Positions 29,174-39,543 of a stretch of DNA of 64,000 nt are shown piece by piece. The notes beneath the pieces are model-generated. The model was not told the origin of the DNA and searched no databases. It was given only the letters and a program-made list of their open reading frames with translations. This stretch comes from an uncultured Alphaproteobacteria bacterium (lineage in GTDB: Bacteria > Pseudomonadota > Alphaproteobacteria > Rs-D84): NCBI GenBank assembly GCA_947053455.1, contig CAMRSV010000001.1:36937-100936 (forward strand). The letters run 5' to 3'. The position numbers and the translations under genes are program-made. Positions within the stretch are counted from its first letter, which is position 1. The number at the start of each line of letters is the position of its first letter.

Positions 29174-30037
29174 TCAATATTTTGTATCGCGCAGATTAAA
29201 GTGATACAAAACAACATTCGAGATATAAATACTGGTCAATGTTCCCATTATAATCGAGAATGTCATTGCGATTGCAAAATCTTTCAACATTACACCGCCA
29301 AAGAAATACAGTCCCACCATTGCCAATATGGTTGAAATGCTGGTCATCAATGTTCTATGTAACATTTCATTGACCGATAAATCAATTAAGTCATTCATCG
29401 GTATTTTATGGTATTTTTTGATATTCTCATCAATACGGTCATAATTTACAACCTTGTCGTTTATGGAATACCCTATTCCCATTAAGATAACTGCAATTGA
29501 GGTTTGATTGAATTCTAGACCCACCACGGAAAAAAATCCGAACATCAAAATGAAATCCAGTACCAGCGACACAAAAGAGCCAACCGCGTACCCACCACGA
29601 TAACGAATCCAGATATACACACTCATCAGAACGAATGAAACCAGTATCGCCAAAATTCCGCCACGCACCAATTCACCACCGATTTTTGGACCGACAATCT
29701 GAACCTGGGAATACTGAACGTTGTCGCCCAGAATATTCTTTATTTCTGCGACACGAACATTCTGCTCTGCATCTGTCGCCCCCTTGGGCAGACCAACGCG
29801 CACCAGTATAGAATTATCGCCCACCGTCTGTAATTCGGGACTAAACGGCGCCAGTACTGCACGCATTTTGTCGATTGTATATTCGGGCGTGGTTGGCGTT
29901 ACCTCCATTGATATGCCGCCCGCAAAATCAATGCCATAGTTTAATCCACGTGTCGCCAACGACACAATTGACAACGCAACCAGGATTCCGGAAATCCAAT
30001 ACGACAATTTGCGATATTTCATAAAATGCAGTTTCAT
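29174..30037 (-). CDS. secF: protein translocase subunit SecF
   Basis: Conserved SecF TM topology and sequence. Lies immediately downstream of secD. Confidence 0.9.
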   Translation of the reverse strand: MKLHFMKYRKLSYWISGILVALSIVSLATRGLNYGIDFAGGISMEVTPTTPEYTIDKMRAVLAPFSPELQTVGDNSILVRVGLPKGATDAEQNVRVAEIKNILGDNVQYSQVQIVGPKIGGELVRGGILAILVSFVLMSVYIWIRYRGGYAVGSFVSLVLDFILMFGFFSVVGLEFNQTSIAVILMGIGYSINDKVVNYDRIDENIKKYHKIPMNDLIDLSVNEMLHRTLMTSISTILAMVGLYFFGGVMLKDFAIAMTFSIIMGTLTSIYISNVVLYHFNLRDTKY

Positions 30038-30047
30038 GACATTTTCC

Positions 30048-31607
30048 TTATTTATTTCTTATATATCCAATTTTTTTGTTTTTACCATTCATGTACCAGT
30101 CAATCAAAACACGCGACAGCATCAAACACGTAAACAGCGTTGTTATAACACCAATCGACAGCGTCACTGCAAAACCGCGTATCGGACCTGCACCAAACTG
30201 GAACAAAATCAATGAACAAATCAAATTTGTCAGATTTCCGTCCATAACCGTCTTGATGGATCGATTGAACCCAAGATCAACCGCGCGCAGCGGCGACACG
30301 CCCGCGCGCACCTCATCACGGATACGTTCAAACGGCAGAATATTTGCATCCACCGCCATCCCCAGCGTTAACACGATACCCGCAATTCCCGGCAGGGTAA
30401 GTGTCGCGCCCAGCAGCGCGGATATACCGATAATCATCCCCAAATTTACCAACAATACGATATCCGCAATCAAGCCGAACGTACGATACGCAAATATCAT
30501 GAACAATATAACGAACAGCACACCCACCGCAGAACCAATTTTTCCGGTTGCGATTGTATCCGCCCCAAGCCCTGCGCCAACAGTGCGTTCCTCTATCACC
30601 TGAAGCGGCGCCGGCAATGCACCAGATCGCAGCAACACAGCCAAATCCTTTGCACTTTGCAATGTAAAGTTCCCAGAAATTTGTCCCTTGCCGCCGGGTA
30701 TCGGTTCACGTATGACCGGGGCAGACAAAACCTTGCCGTCAAGGACAATGGCAAAGCGTTCGTTTACATGTTCGGTCGTAAGTCTGGTGAACTTGCGCCC
30801 ACCGGCCGCATCAAACGCCATTGAAACAACCGGCATCTGATTATTGTCATACGCAGCCTGGGCATCTTTTAGTGATTCACCAGAAACCTCAACACGGGAA
30901 TAAACCGGTATAACAGATGCGCCCGAGTCCATATCCGGCAGGAACTCTGTCCCAGCAGGCGCACGACCCGATGCCAACTGTTCGGCCGTAACGTTTTCAT
31001 TAACCAGGTGGAATGTCATCTTGGCCGTCTGACCAATCAATTCCTTTATACGTTCAGGATTATCGACACCCGGCAATTGAACCAAAATGTATTTACCGCC
31101 CTGGCTCTGGATAGATGGTTCCTTGGTTCCCAACGCATCAATACGACGACGTACAATTTCAATACTGCGACTTAACGCATCGCTGACCATTTCTTGTTTT
31201 TGTTTTTCAGAATAAGACAATCTTATTGCTTTTCCATCCGAAGTAATATCAACGCCGCCCCCCAGAACCGATTTCAAGCGCCCCTTGGCGGCGGAAACCT
31301 GCTCCTCATCACGAACAACGAACGACACGGCACCGTCCGCATTACGCAAGTTTGAAAAACGTATCACCCCTTTGTCACGATCAATCAGGGTACTGCGCAC
31401 CTCTTCATATAATTGTGCCGATTTCTCATGAAACATTGTATCGGTATCAACCTCTAACAACAGCTGCGCACCGCCTTTTAAGTCCAACCCTAATGGTATT
31501 GGACGTATCCAGGACGGAAAATACGGCGCAAGCCGCGTCGACATTGTCGGCACCGCCAGCAATACGCCAAACACTGCAACAAAAATTATCGCAAGTTTCT
31601 TAAACAT
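30048..31607 (-). CDS. secD: protein translocase subunit SecD
   Basis: 519 aa in the SecD family with a periplasmic domain and C-terminal TM bundle. Confidence 0.9.
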   Translation of the reverse strand: MFKKLAIIFVAVFGVLLAVPTMSTRLAPYFPSWIRPIPLGLDLKGGAQLLLEVDTDTMFHEKSAQLYEEVRSTLIDRDKGVIRFSNLRNADGAVSFVVRDEEQVSAAKGRLKSVLGGGVDITSDGKAIRLSYSEKQKQEMVSDALSRSIEIVRRRIDALGTKEPSIQSQGGKYILVQLPGVDNPERIKELIGQTAKMTFHLVNENVTAEQLASGRAPAGTEFLPDMDSGASVIPVYSRVEVSGESLKDAQAAYDNNQMPVVSMAFDAAGGRKFTRLTTEHVNERFAIVLDGKVLSAPVIREPIPGGKGQISGNFTLQSAKDLAVLLRSGALPAPLQVIEERTVGAGLGADTIATGKIGSAVGVLFVILFMIFAYRTFGLIADIVLLVNLGMIIGISALLGATLTLPGIAGIVLTLGMAVDANILPFERIRDEVRAGVSPLRAVDLGFNRSIKTVMDGNLTNLICSLILFQFGAGPIRGFAVTLSIGVITTLFTCLMLSRVLIDWYMNGKNKKIGYIRNK

Positions 31608-31618
31608 ACCAAACCCTT

Positions 31619-31933
31619 TTATTTTTCAACGCTTGCAACGGCGTTCTTGTTAACCTCAACAACGACGCCTTTGGCGATTTCAACTTCGATTGTCTGTTCG
31701 TTTATTTTTTTTATCGTACCAAAAATGCCGGCGGCCATAACACGATTGCCGACCTGCATGGAATCAAGCATTTTTTGATATTCGGCCATACGCCGCTTGT
31801 TCGGGCGAACCATGAATATATAAATTATCGCAAATACGACCACGCAATACATCGCCATGTAAAGCCAATCGCCCTGCTGGGCTGCATTGGCGGCAACAAC
31901 CGCATTGTCGGCAACAACAGTTTCTACTGCCAT
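31619..31933 (-). CDS. yajC: preprotein translocase subunit YajC
   Basis: 104 aa with a single TM helix and the conserved YajC C-terminal region. Sits in the yajC-secD-secF order. Confidence 0.85.
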   Translation of the reverse strand: MAVETVVADNAVVAANAAQQGDWLYMAMYCVVVFAIIYIFMVRPNKRRMAEYQKMLDSMQVGNRVMAAGIFGTIKKINEQTIEVEIAKGVVVEVNKNAVASVEK

Positions 31934-32008
31934 AACTTCTCCTTACCTTATTATAAATGCAGAATAGTAAAAAAAGGTGGCGCTTGTAAAGGCAAAAAAC
32001 GCGCAAAA

Positions 32009-33808
32009 CTACACGCGTTCAAACCATGCATCCATGTCCGAAATGGGTATTATTTTATAAACCGGGCGCCCATGATTGCACTGGCCTGCGCGTTCGGTTC
32101 GTTCAATATCCCGCAACAAAGCGTCCATCTGCTCTATGCTTAATTTCTGGCCGGCACGCACGGAATGATGGCACGCATAATTAGCCATTTTTAAGTGCAG
32201 CCGTTCGCCCAGACCTGACGAATAACCGTTTGCACGCACCTCGTCCGCAATCGTGCGCAGTAAATCCGCCCAATTCAAATCCCAATCGGCCGGCTTTTCA
32301 AATATGGCAACGGCATCTTCACCAAACGCGTCCAGACGCAGCCCCGCATTCGCCATTTCATTTGCAACTGTCAAAACTGCATTCACCTCTTCAGCGCGCA
32401 ACGCGATGACAATCGGGGTCAGTAACGGCTGCGTCTTTATCGCATGGCGTCGTATCTTCTCGTACGTGATGCGTTCATGGGCGGCATGCTGGTCAACCAC
32501 GACAAGGCCGTCACCACGCGCCGCCAATATATATTTGTTGCCAACCTGGCCGACGACACGCCCCAATGGCAATTCTTCAAAAGAATTTTGCGGCACAGAT
32601 TCCCGCTTTAAATCGGCACACGCGTCTGTCCGTTGAATTTCATCAGATGCATTTGCAGCGTTTCGGCGCGTCACCACCGGCGATGCGCCGAACATGTTGC
32701 TCACGCGGGTCTGGACAGTATCGCAAACGCGCGATGCCGCACCGCGCGCATTAAAATAATTCGGCGAAACGAAAGTCATTGGGGTTGCCACCGCTGATGC
32801 CGGCGCTGCGGCGGGCGATGAATATGACTCATCAACCATTGTCTGCGCCAGCGCATCACGCAGACTTTTTATCATAAAAGACCGCACGTGTGCAGGTTCT
32901 AAAAAGTGCACCTCCGTCTTGGCGGGCGAAACATTCACGTCCACGTTCTGCGGCGCCAACGTCAAGTGCAACGCGCAAAGCGGAAATTCACGCGCATGCA
33001 TAACATCCATGTATGCAGCACGCAGCGCACCGACCAGCACCTTGTCCTTGACGGGTCGGCCATTAACAAACAAATACTGGTCTATAGATGACGCACGACG
33101 CAGCGTTGGCTCCGACACAAATCCGGTCAGACGCATTTTTGCAGTTGATATGCTCTCGCTGTCTATTTCCAGCATACGACCCGCCACGTCATCCCCCATA
33201 ACAGCCACAATTCGGTCACGCATATCCTGATTTTTTGGGAACCGCCATTTGTTGTTCAACGTAAATCCGACATCGGGTCGCGCCATCGCCAGACATTTTA
33301 CAACCTCCAACACAGACATCATTTCAGCCCGGTCGCCCCGCAAAAATTTCAACCGGGCGGGCGTTTTTGAAAACAGGTTTTGAACGCGCACACGGGTGCC
33401 ACTTTCCCAGTCGGATGGCCGCACATCGCCGGTATTGGCATCAAGGCACCACCCGTTATCCTCACCATGCCGACATGTATCTATTGTCATATCGGCAACA
33501 CTGGCGATTGACGGCAGCGCCTCGCCACGAAAACCCATAAAATTTATATTCAGCAAATCATCGTCCGGCAATTTTGACGTTGCGTGCCTGGTGACGCTTT
33601 TCTCCAAATCGTCACGTGACATTCCCGACCCATTGTCGATAATTGAAATCATTGTACGACCGCCGTCCACCACATCAACAACAATCTGATCTGCACCCGC
33701 GTCCAGGGCATTTTCAATCAATTCTTTTACAACGCTGGCTGGACGTTCAACCACCTCGCCGGCGGCAATTTGATTGATAAGATAATCCGGTAAAATACGT
33801 ACGGTCAT
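32009..33808 (-). CDS. mutL: DNA mismatch repair protein MutL
   Basis: N-terminal GHKL ATPase motifs (INQIAAGEVVERPASVVKELIENALDAGA). Confidence 0.92.
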   Translation of the reverse strand: MTVRILPDYLINQIAAGEVVERPASVVKELIENALDAGADQIVVDVVDGGRTMISIIDNGSGMSRDDLEKSVTRHATSKLPDDDLLNINFMGFRGEALPSIASVADMTIDTCRHGEDNGWCLDANTGDVRPSDWESGTRVRVQNLFSKTPARLKFLRGDRAEMMSVLEVVKCLAMARPDVGFTLNNKWRFPKNQDMRDRIVAVMGDDVAGRMLEIDSESISTAKMRLTGFVSEPTLRRASSIDQYLFVNGRPVKDKVLVGALRAAYMDVMHAREFPLCALHLTLAPQNVDVNVSPAKTEVHFLEPAHVRSFMIKSLRDALAQTMVDESYSSPAAAPASAVATPMTFVSPNYFNARGAASRVCDTVQTRVSNMFGASPVVTRRNAANASDEIQRTDACADLKRESVPQNSFEELPLGRVVGQVGNKYILAARGDGLVVVDQHAAHERITYEKIRRHAIKTQPLLTPIVIALRAEEVNAVLTVANEMANAGLRLDAFGEDAVAIFEKPADWDLNWADLLRTIADEVRANGYSSGLGERLHLKMANYACHHSVRAGQKLSIEQMDALLRDIERTERAGQCNHGRPVYKIIPISDMDAWFERV

Positions 33809-33824
33809 GAGCTATTAAATTCCA

Positions 33825-34295
33825 CTATTGTCTGAACGTTACATTCAGAATTTCATATTCTTTCTCGCCACCGGGCAATTTAACAATGCATGTGTCGCCG
33901 ACGCACTTTCCAATCATTGCACGCCCAACCGGCGATGTACATGAAATAACGGTACGACCATCGGATTCTATATCAGACAAAATCCGGCATTGCATTTGGT
34001 TGCCATCCTCGTCTTCGGCTGTAACAATGGCGCCAAACACGACCCGGTCGCCGGACAAAGATTCCACATCTATCACGGCGGCGTTTTCTATAACACCTTC
34101 GATAAATCCGATACGTTTGTCAATCTGGCGCTGTTTTTCCTTGGCGGCGCTATAATCGGCATTTTCAGACAAATCGCCCAATGAACGCGCCCACTGCACT
34201 GTTTTTAATATTTCTGGGCGCTGAACTTCCTTCAAATCACGTAATTCCTTGACAAGGGCGTCAAACCCGGCACGTGAAATCGGCTTCTTTTCCAT
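33825..34295 (-). CDS. greA: transcription elongation factor GreA
   Basis: Matches GreA across its N-terminal coiled-coil and C-terminal FKBP-like domain. Confidence 0.9.
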   Translation of the reverse strand: MEKKPISRAGFDALVKELRDLKEVQRPEILKTVQWARSLGDLSENADYSAAKEKQRQIDKRIGFIEGVIENAAVIDVESLSGDRVVFGAIVTAEDEDGNQMQCRILSDIESDGRTVISCTSPVGRAMIGKCVGDTCIVKLPGGEKEYEILNVTFRQ

Positions 34296-34407
34296 TTTTA
34301 TCAACCTTGTTTTTTATCAAAATTATATCCATTCATTTTAATTTTGCAATTGCCAAATTAACAGGCTATACTTTTCCTGATACACATATAATATATTGTA
34401 AGGCATC

Positions 34408-35469
34408 ATGTTCAAATTTAATATTTTAAATAGATTTCTAATGCGCCGTTTTTTTGGCGGTGTGGGGCTTGTCATGCTGGTTGTGTGTGGAATTATTGTC
34501 GCGGTCACATTTGTAGAACGACTGCCGTCAAATCCAACAATTGGTGCAGCGCTTATGGAATCATGGATACGCCTTTTGGAATATATGCCGTTATTTTTGC
34601 CGATGGCGGTGTTTATGGGAACCTTGCTGGCCTCGTACAATCTGACCAAATCAACTGAAAAGATAATAATTGCCAGTGCGGGTTTATCGCCATACCAATC
34701 AGCGCGGCCATTTTTACTGGGGGCGGCGTTAATCGGATTTTTTGCGACAATGGTGGTAAACCCCTACTCTGTTAATTTAAGCGAAAAAAATATAACCTCG
34801 CATAATTTGAAACTTATCGACGACGCCGTCTGGCTGCGCGAGGCGGGGGAAAACGGATTCATAACCATGCGGGCGGGAAAAATGCTGGCCGCATCAAAGG
34901 ATGAAATGACGTTTGCAAACGCAACTGTATATATCCAGAATTCACAGTTTCGCCCCGTCCAGCAGGTTCAGGCGAATAAAATAACCCTGACAGATGACGG
35001 ATTAAATGCAGCGCGTGCACGTGTATGGGACGCAAACGGCGCCTTGAAAACAGAAAAGTGGTCTATTAAAACCCGCCTGACGCCACGCACGGTTTTGGAC
35101 AGATATCTTCAGCCGGATCAGATTTCATTTTGGGATTTGCCTGCGTTTATAAAAAAGATGAGTGCAATCGGAATTCCTATGCGCGGCCATTTAGTTCAGT
35201 TTTGGACACTGCTGTTTTTGCCATTGACCATGATTGCGATGGCGACATTGGGGGTTGCGTTTTCACAAACACGCCAACGCAGAAATTACAGTTTCGGCGT
35301 AAAATTTAGTTCCGGTGTCATAACTTGCTTTGCGCTGTATTTTCTAACAAATTTGTTTAACGCGCTGGGGGCGACGGGCGCGCTGCCGCCAATGCTGTCA
35401 GTTGTTGCACCGCCACTGATTATAATCGCGGCGGCAGGAATGTTCATAGCCAGTTTTGACTCTATATAA
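34408..35469 (+). CDS. LPS export ABC permease LptF/LptG (YjgP/YjgQ family)
   Basis: 353 aa with 6-TM permease topology and a central periplasmic domain. Confidence 0.75.
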   Translation: MFKFNILNRFLMRRFFGGVGLVMLVVCGIIVAVTFVERLPSNPTIGAALMESWIRLLEYMPLFLPMAVFMGTLLASYNLTKSTEKIIIASAGLSPYQSARPFLLGAALIGFFATMVVNPYSVNLSEKNITSHNLKLIDDAVWLREAGENGFITMRAGKMLAASKDEMTFANATVYIQNSQFRPVQQVQANKITLTDDGLNAARARVWDANGALKTEKWSIKTRLTPRTVLDRYLQPDQISFWDLPAFIKKMSAIGIPMRGHLVQFWTLLFLPLTMIAMATLGVAFSQTRQRRNYSFGVKFSSGVITCFALYFLTNLFNALGATGALPPMLSVVAPPLIIIAAAGMFIASFDSI

Positions 35470-35616
35470 AAACCAAAGGAAAACCAACATGCCGTTGCGT
35501 AAAAAGAACACTTTACGGAATAACATAATAATATGGACACTGATTGCAGTGCTGGTTCTGCTGATGATAATATCATTCGCCCCACATGCGCAAATGACCG
35601 AAATTGTACTGTTTCC

Positions 35617-36486
35617 ATGAATTATATAGATATATTTTTAGAGGCATTAACCGCTGAAAAAGGACGCAGTGAAAACACAATATATAACTATTCGGCGGAT
35701 TTATACGCGGCCGACGCGGCGATTGCGGGAGGTTTAATATCAGCCAGCGCAAAAGACCTGCAAAATTACATATCGTCACTAAAAGCAAAACCGTCATCCA
35801 TTGCGCGCAAGGCTAGTTGTCTGCGGTCTTTCTATAAATTTCTGATGTTGGAAAAAATAATATCGAAAAACCCGGCAATGGCGCTGGAACTGCCGCGGCG
35901 GGCGCGTACATTGCCGAAACTTTTAAGCGTGGATGAAATAAACCTGCTAATATCATCGGCCGGCGATACGCGAAACGTTGTAAGACTGCGGGCAATGATT
36001 GAACTGACGTACGCATCGGGGCTGCGCGTATCTGAATTGTGCGAACTGCCCGTGCGGGCGATACTTGGGGACAAGCTGCTTATTCATGGCAAAGGCGCCA
36101 AGGAAAGAATCGTCCCGATGCATCCGGGCGCGGTGCACGCCCTGGAAAAGTGGATGGAGGTGCGCGGCCCAGACCAATCAAAATTCGTATTCCCAGGGAT
36201 TGGCAAGGAGGGTCACATAACACGCGACGGTTTTTTCAAAATAATAAAAAAATGCGCGGTACTGGCCGGCATATCACCAGACAGAGTAAGTCCGCACGTA
36301 CTGCGTCATTCGTTTGCATCACACCTGCTGGCGGGCGGGGCTAATCTGCGCGCGATACAAACCCTACTGGGGCACGAAGATATTTCAACAACCCAGATTT
36401 ACACCCATGTCATGCCGGAAAAACTGATTGATGCGGTGGCGATGCATCACCCGCTGGGGGACAAGACAAAGGTAACAGAGAAATGA
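35617..36486 (+). CDS. tyrosine site-specific recombinase XerC/XerD family
   Basis: C-terminus LRHSFASHLLAGGANLRAIQTLLGHEDISTTQIYTHV with catalytic R..H..R..Y. Start MNYIDIF at 35617. Confidence 0.88.
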   Translation: MNYIDIFLEALTAEKGRSENTIYNYSADLYAADAAIAGGLISASAKDLQNYISSLKAKPSSIARKASCLRSFYKFLMLEKIISKNPAMALELPRRARTLPKLLSVDEINLLISSAGDTRNVVRLRAMIELTYASGLRVSELCELPVRAILGDKLLIHGKGAKERIVPMHPGAVHALEKWMEVRGPDQSKFVFPGIGKEGHITRDGFFKIIKKCAVLAGISPDRVSPHVLRHSFASHLLAGGANLRAIQTLLGHEDISTTQIYTHVMPEKLIDAVAMHHPLGDKTKVTEK

Positions 36487-36986
36487 TAAAAAAATGCGAC
36501 CATTCCGGATGCACCAAGGCCGGAACATGTCGCGCGCCCAAAACGCGCGACCTTAAGGAATACTGGTTCTTTTGCCAAGAACATGCCGCAGAATACAACA
36601 AAAATTGGAACTATTACGCCAATATGACCCCCGGCGAGATTGAGGCGGAATGGGAACGCGAAACATTCGGGGCGCCGCTGAAAGATAAAAATAGCGCCAA
36701 TGCAGATGCGGCCGATTACGCAAAATTTATAAATGATTTTTTAACAGGCCGCGCATCATTTGATAACGCATCGACGCGACGCACACTGCCCGGCCCGGTT
36801 ATGACGGCGTTAAAAACATTGGATTTGCCAGTAACGGCGACATTACGCGAAGTTGGTGCACGTTACAGGGCACTTGCCAAGAAATACCATCCGGACACGG
36901 CGGCCGACAAAAAATCCGCGGCCGATAAATTTGCAAAAATCGCCGACGCATACGAAACATTAAAAAAGCATTTTGCTAAAAAATAA
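36483..36986 (+). CDS. J-domain (DnaJ-like) protein with N-terminal Cys cluster
   Basis: C-terminal J-domain signature (YRALAKKYHPD) and N-terminal C-x4-C..C..C motifs. Confidence 0.7.
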   Translation: MIKKCDHSGCTKAGTCRAPKTRDLKEYWFFCQEHAAEYNKNWNYYANMTPGEIEAEWERETFGAPLKDKNSANADAADYAKFINDFLTGRASFDNASTRRTLPGPVMTALKTLDLPVTATLREVGARYRALAKKYHPDTAADKKSAADKFAKIADAYETLKKHFAKK

Positions 36987-37000
36987 TCTGCGCCCAATTC

Positions 37001-37618
37001 CTAGTTATATGTGCATTGCGCCGACATATTATAAGTTCCGGTATTATCATTGTACGTTCCGGCCGGCAGTTTACATTGCGTGACAGACGTGCTGCCGGCC
37101 GCGCTGGTACCATACGTCGTCGTGCCCGCAGAATTTAATTCACCGGGACAACGCGTGCACTTAAGCGACGATGTCGTACCAACGCCGTAATAGCCCGCCG
37201 CACATCTATATTCATTCGTCGCCGTCTCATCACCAGTTTTTCCGCATCCGGAAACAACATTATATTTTCTTTCGCGACCAGTGCCGGACGGGCGCCATTC
37301 ATTTGTGGTGCGCATTAAGCATCCGCAACCTATAAGGTTCGGGGGGTTATCGCTATCAACAACCGCCGTGGCACCGTTAAACACCTCTCCACACATGGAT
37401 TCACAATCTTCAACATTTCCCGAATATCCATCATCATAATAGCAAAGATTTGACCCATAGTCATAACACTCGTCAACATCATTACATTCGCCGGGTGATA
37501 TGGGCTCACTCACACCACCAAAAGTATAAAGCATATCCACTCCTGGATCATCACTATATAAATAAGCATTTGCCGCAAGCGGAAACACTAGAAACAATGC
37601 GATAACAATGCTTTTCAT
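37001..37618 (-). CDS. secreted cysteine-rich protein, paralog 2
   Basis: Signal peptide present. The C-terminal domain is homologous to the 5916..6518 product (CAAGYYG..C.RCPGE...CKLPAGTYNDNTGTY..C). Confidence 0.75.
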   Translation of the reverse strand: MKSIVIALFLVFPLAANAYLYSDDPGVDMLYTFGGVSEPISPGECNDVDECYDYGSNLCYYDDGYSGNVEDCESMCGEVFNGATAVVDSDNPPNLIGCGCLMRTTNEWRPSGTGRERKYNVVSGCGKTGDETATNEYRCAAGYYGVGTTSSLKCTRCPGELNSAGTTTYGTSAAGSTSVTQCKLPAGTYNDNTGTYNMSAQCTYN

Positions 37619-37795
37619 TTAACCCCTCTTTTTATTACAAAAAAACCACTAAAAATCAGTGGTTGGAGGTTCGAAACAATTATCAGGAATTGTGGGCTTA
37701 TTTAGTTATATCGCCACCCTCCAACCCATGGTTGGGGGAAAGTTTTTTCCTGATAAGGGGTTTCGACACCCCGTCCGCGCAACACCCGCCGACAA
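37619..37795 (-). promoter_or_regulatory. conserved structured 5' leader, copy 2
   Basis: Read in gene orientation: GGGGTGTCGAAACCCC box, hairpin CCCCCAACC-ATG-GGTTGGAGG, then GAACCTCCAACCACT-GATTTTT-AGTGGTTTTTTT terminator-like hairpin, then RBS and ATG. Confidence 0.7.
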
Positions 37796-37864
37796 ATTCA
37801 TTATAAATAAAATAAGAAATAATGTAAAATAAAATATGATTATGCAATCCAAACTTGACGCTAT

Positions 37865-37891
37865 AAAAAAGCCGGCATATGCCGGCTTTTT
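37865..37891. terminator. bidirectional terminator (GCCGGCATATGCCGGC)
   Basis: AAAAAAGCCGGCATATGCCGGCTTTTT. Confidence 0.8.
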
Positions 37892-37893
37892 CC

Positions 37894-39474
37894 CTACTCT
37901 TTGCGTATAGGGTATTGCCCGTCAATCAAGTTTTGCCGCACAACATGGTGTTTCACCTTTTGCGTGCTGGTGGTTGGCAAATCATCGGTTGTCATTGCAA
38001 AATGCGTGACCCATTTATAACTTGCAACCTTTTTATTGGCATTGGCGACGGCTGCCGATAGTTTTTCTAGCGTCATGTCATCTTCAACACTAAACACACC
38101 ATAAGTAACTGTTTTTCCCTTTACCTTGTGTTCAAAAACAGCGACGTTTTTTACCCCCGGAATTTCGATGAACATTCCTTCTAATTCATCGGGATAAACA
38201 TTCTTGCCCGAATCCAGAACAATCACCTGCTTTTTACGACCCGCAAAGTGCAATTCGCCATTCTTGTCCATGGAAACCATATCGCCCGTGTTAAAGAACC
38301 CACGTTCATCAAACACTTCTTCGTTAACACCTGGGTTGTTAAGATAGCCACCAAACACCTGATGGCCACGCAACCACAGAACACCGACACCATCTTCATT
38401 CATGTCGCGAATTTCGCATTCGTTGTTTGTTGTGGGCGCCCCAAAGGCAAATGGCATACGCTTTTTATTATGCTTTGAAATGCAGATTGGACCGACGGTT
38501 TCGGTCAAACCATATCCCTGAATAAAGCGCATTCCCAGACGTTCATAGAAAATCTCAACCTCCGGCTTGGTGGCGGCACCACCTGCAATCAGCAACGACA
38601 CACGGCCGCCGAATATTGCGCGCACAGGATTCTGCACTTTCTTTACCAGAAAACCAAGACCGATTTTATTCAAGATTTTTCCATATTTTAGCACCAACCG
38701 CGCAATCCACCATTTATGCTGCGCCTTTAGCGTATCTATTATTCGGTTACGAATTACCTCAAACAAACGCGGAACCGCCGGAATTGCATGCGGCCGGTAT
38801 TTCTTGAAGTCTTCCATAATTTCCTTTGGATTGACCGTCGGCTGCAACAGAACGCCCGCACCATAATGCAGCGTCGCCAGAATTTCAACCGCGAACCCAA
38901 AGATATGATACATCGGCAAGAAACCGTACATAATTTCGCCGGCATGAAAATATTCACGCATGTCATCCAGCGAATTTGCACACTCAATCAAATTAAAGTG
39001 TGTCAGTGGTACAACCTTTGGCGTGCCGGTTGAACCGGATGTGAACGACAATGTCGCAACGTCCAGCGTTTCCAGCGCGGCTGGTTTTAAGGCCGGGTTT
39101 ATTTTGCCGTCTTTCTTATTAATGTCATAAAACTTGAATTTATTGGTCTTATAAAAGAAAGACTTTTCCGCACACACAATGTGACAATCCGTTGTGGATG
39201 TCATGTTATCGTATTCAAACGGTGTTAGATTAGTATCCAGCAGCAACACCGTGCCCCCCAGATACCATATTGCGAACAAAGTTATCGGAAATTCGGGAAT
39301 ATTGTGCGACAACAGCCCCACGATATTTCCGCGCTTAACACCCGCCGCGGCAAGTGATGCGGCACGTGCCTTTACCATATCTTGGAAAGCGGAAAATGTG
39401 ACATTTTCACGAACCAAGAAAATATTATCCGGCCATGTTGCAACCGCTTTTTCCAGCAATTGATACATATTCAT
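37894..39474 (-). CDS. AMP-dependent synthetase/ligase (long-chain-fatty-acid--CoA ligase-like)
   Basis: AMP-binding region (FTSGSTGTPK) and the overall ANL-superfamily layout. Confidence 0.8.
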   Translation of the reverse strand: MNMYQLLEKAVATWPDNIFLVRENVTFSAFQDMVKARAASLAAAGVKRGNIVGLLSHNIPEFPITLFAIWYLGGTVLLLDTNLTPFEYDNMTSTTDCHIVCAEKSFFYKTNKFKFYDINKKDGKINPALKPAALETLDVATLSFTSGSTGTPKVVPLTHFNLIECANSLDDMREYFHAGEIMYGFLPMYHIFGFAVEILATLHYGAGVLLQPTVNPKEIMEDFKKYRPHAIPAVPRLFEVIRNRIIDTLKAQHKWWIARLVLKYGKILNKIGLGFLVKKVQNPVRAIFGGRVSLLIAGGAATKPEVEIFYERLGMRFIQGYGLTETVGPICISKHNKKRMPFAFGAPTTNNECEIRDMNEDGVGVLWLRGHQVFGGYLNNPGVNEEVFDERGFFNTGDMVSMDKNGELHFAGRKKQVIVLDSGKNVYPDELEGMFIEIPGVKNVAVFEHKVKGKTVTYGVFSVEDDMTLEKLSAAVANANKKVASYKWVTHFAMTTDDLPTTSTQKVKHHVVRQNLIDGQYPIRKE

Positions 39475-39543
39475 CTTAAAAAATCCTTGTTGTTTTTATA
39501 TTGGACAGTGTGTATTATAATCCCAATAAAAAGGATTGCAATC

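Noticed and set aside
37661-37680. GGTTCGAA string resembling a tRNA T-arm
   Set aside because: It is the reverse complement of the leader segment GTTTCGAACCTCC. There is no acceptor stem, D-arm or anticodon arm context. No tRNA genes were found in the window.
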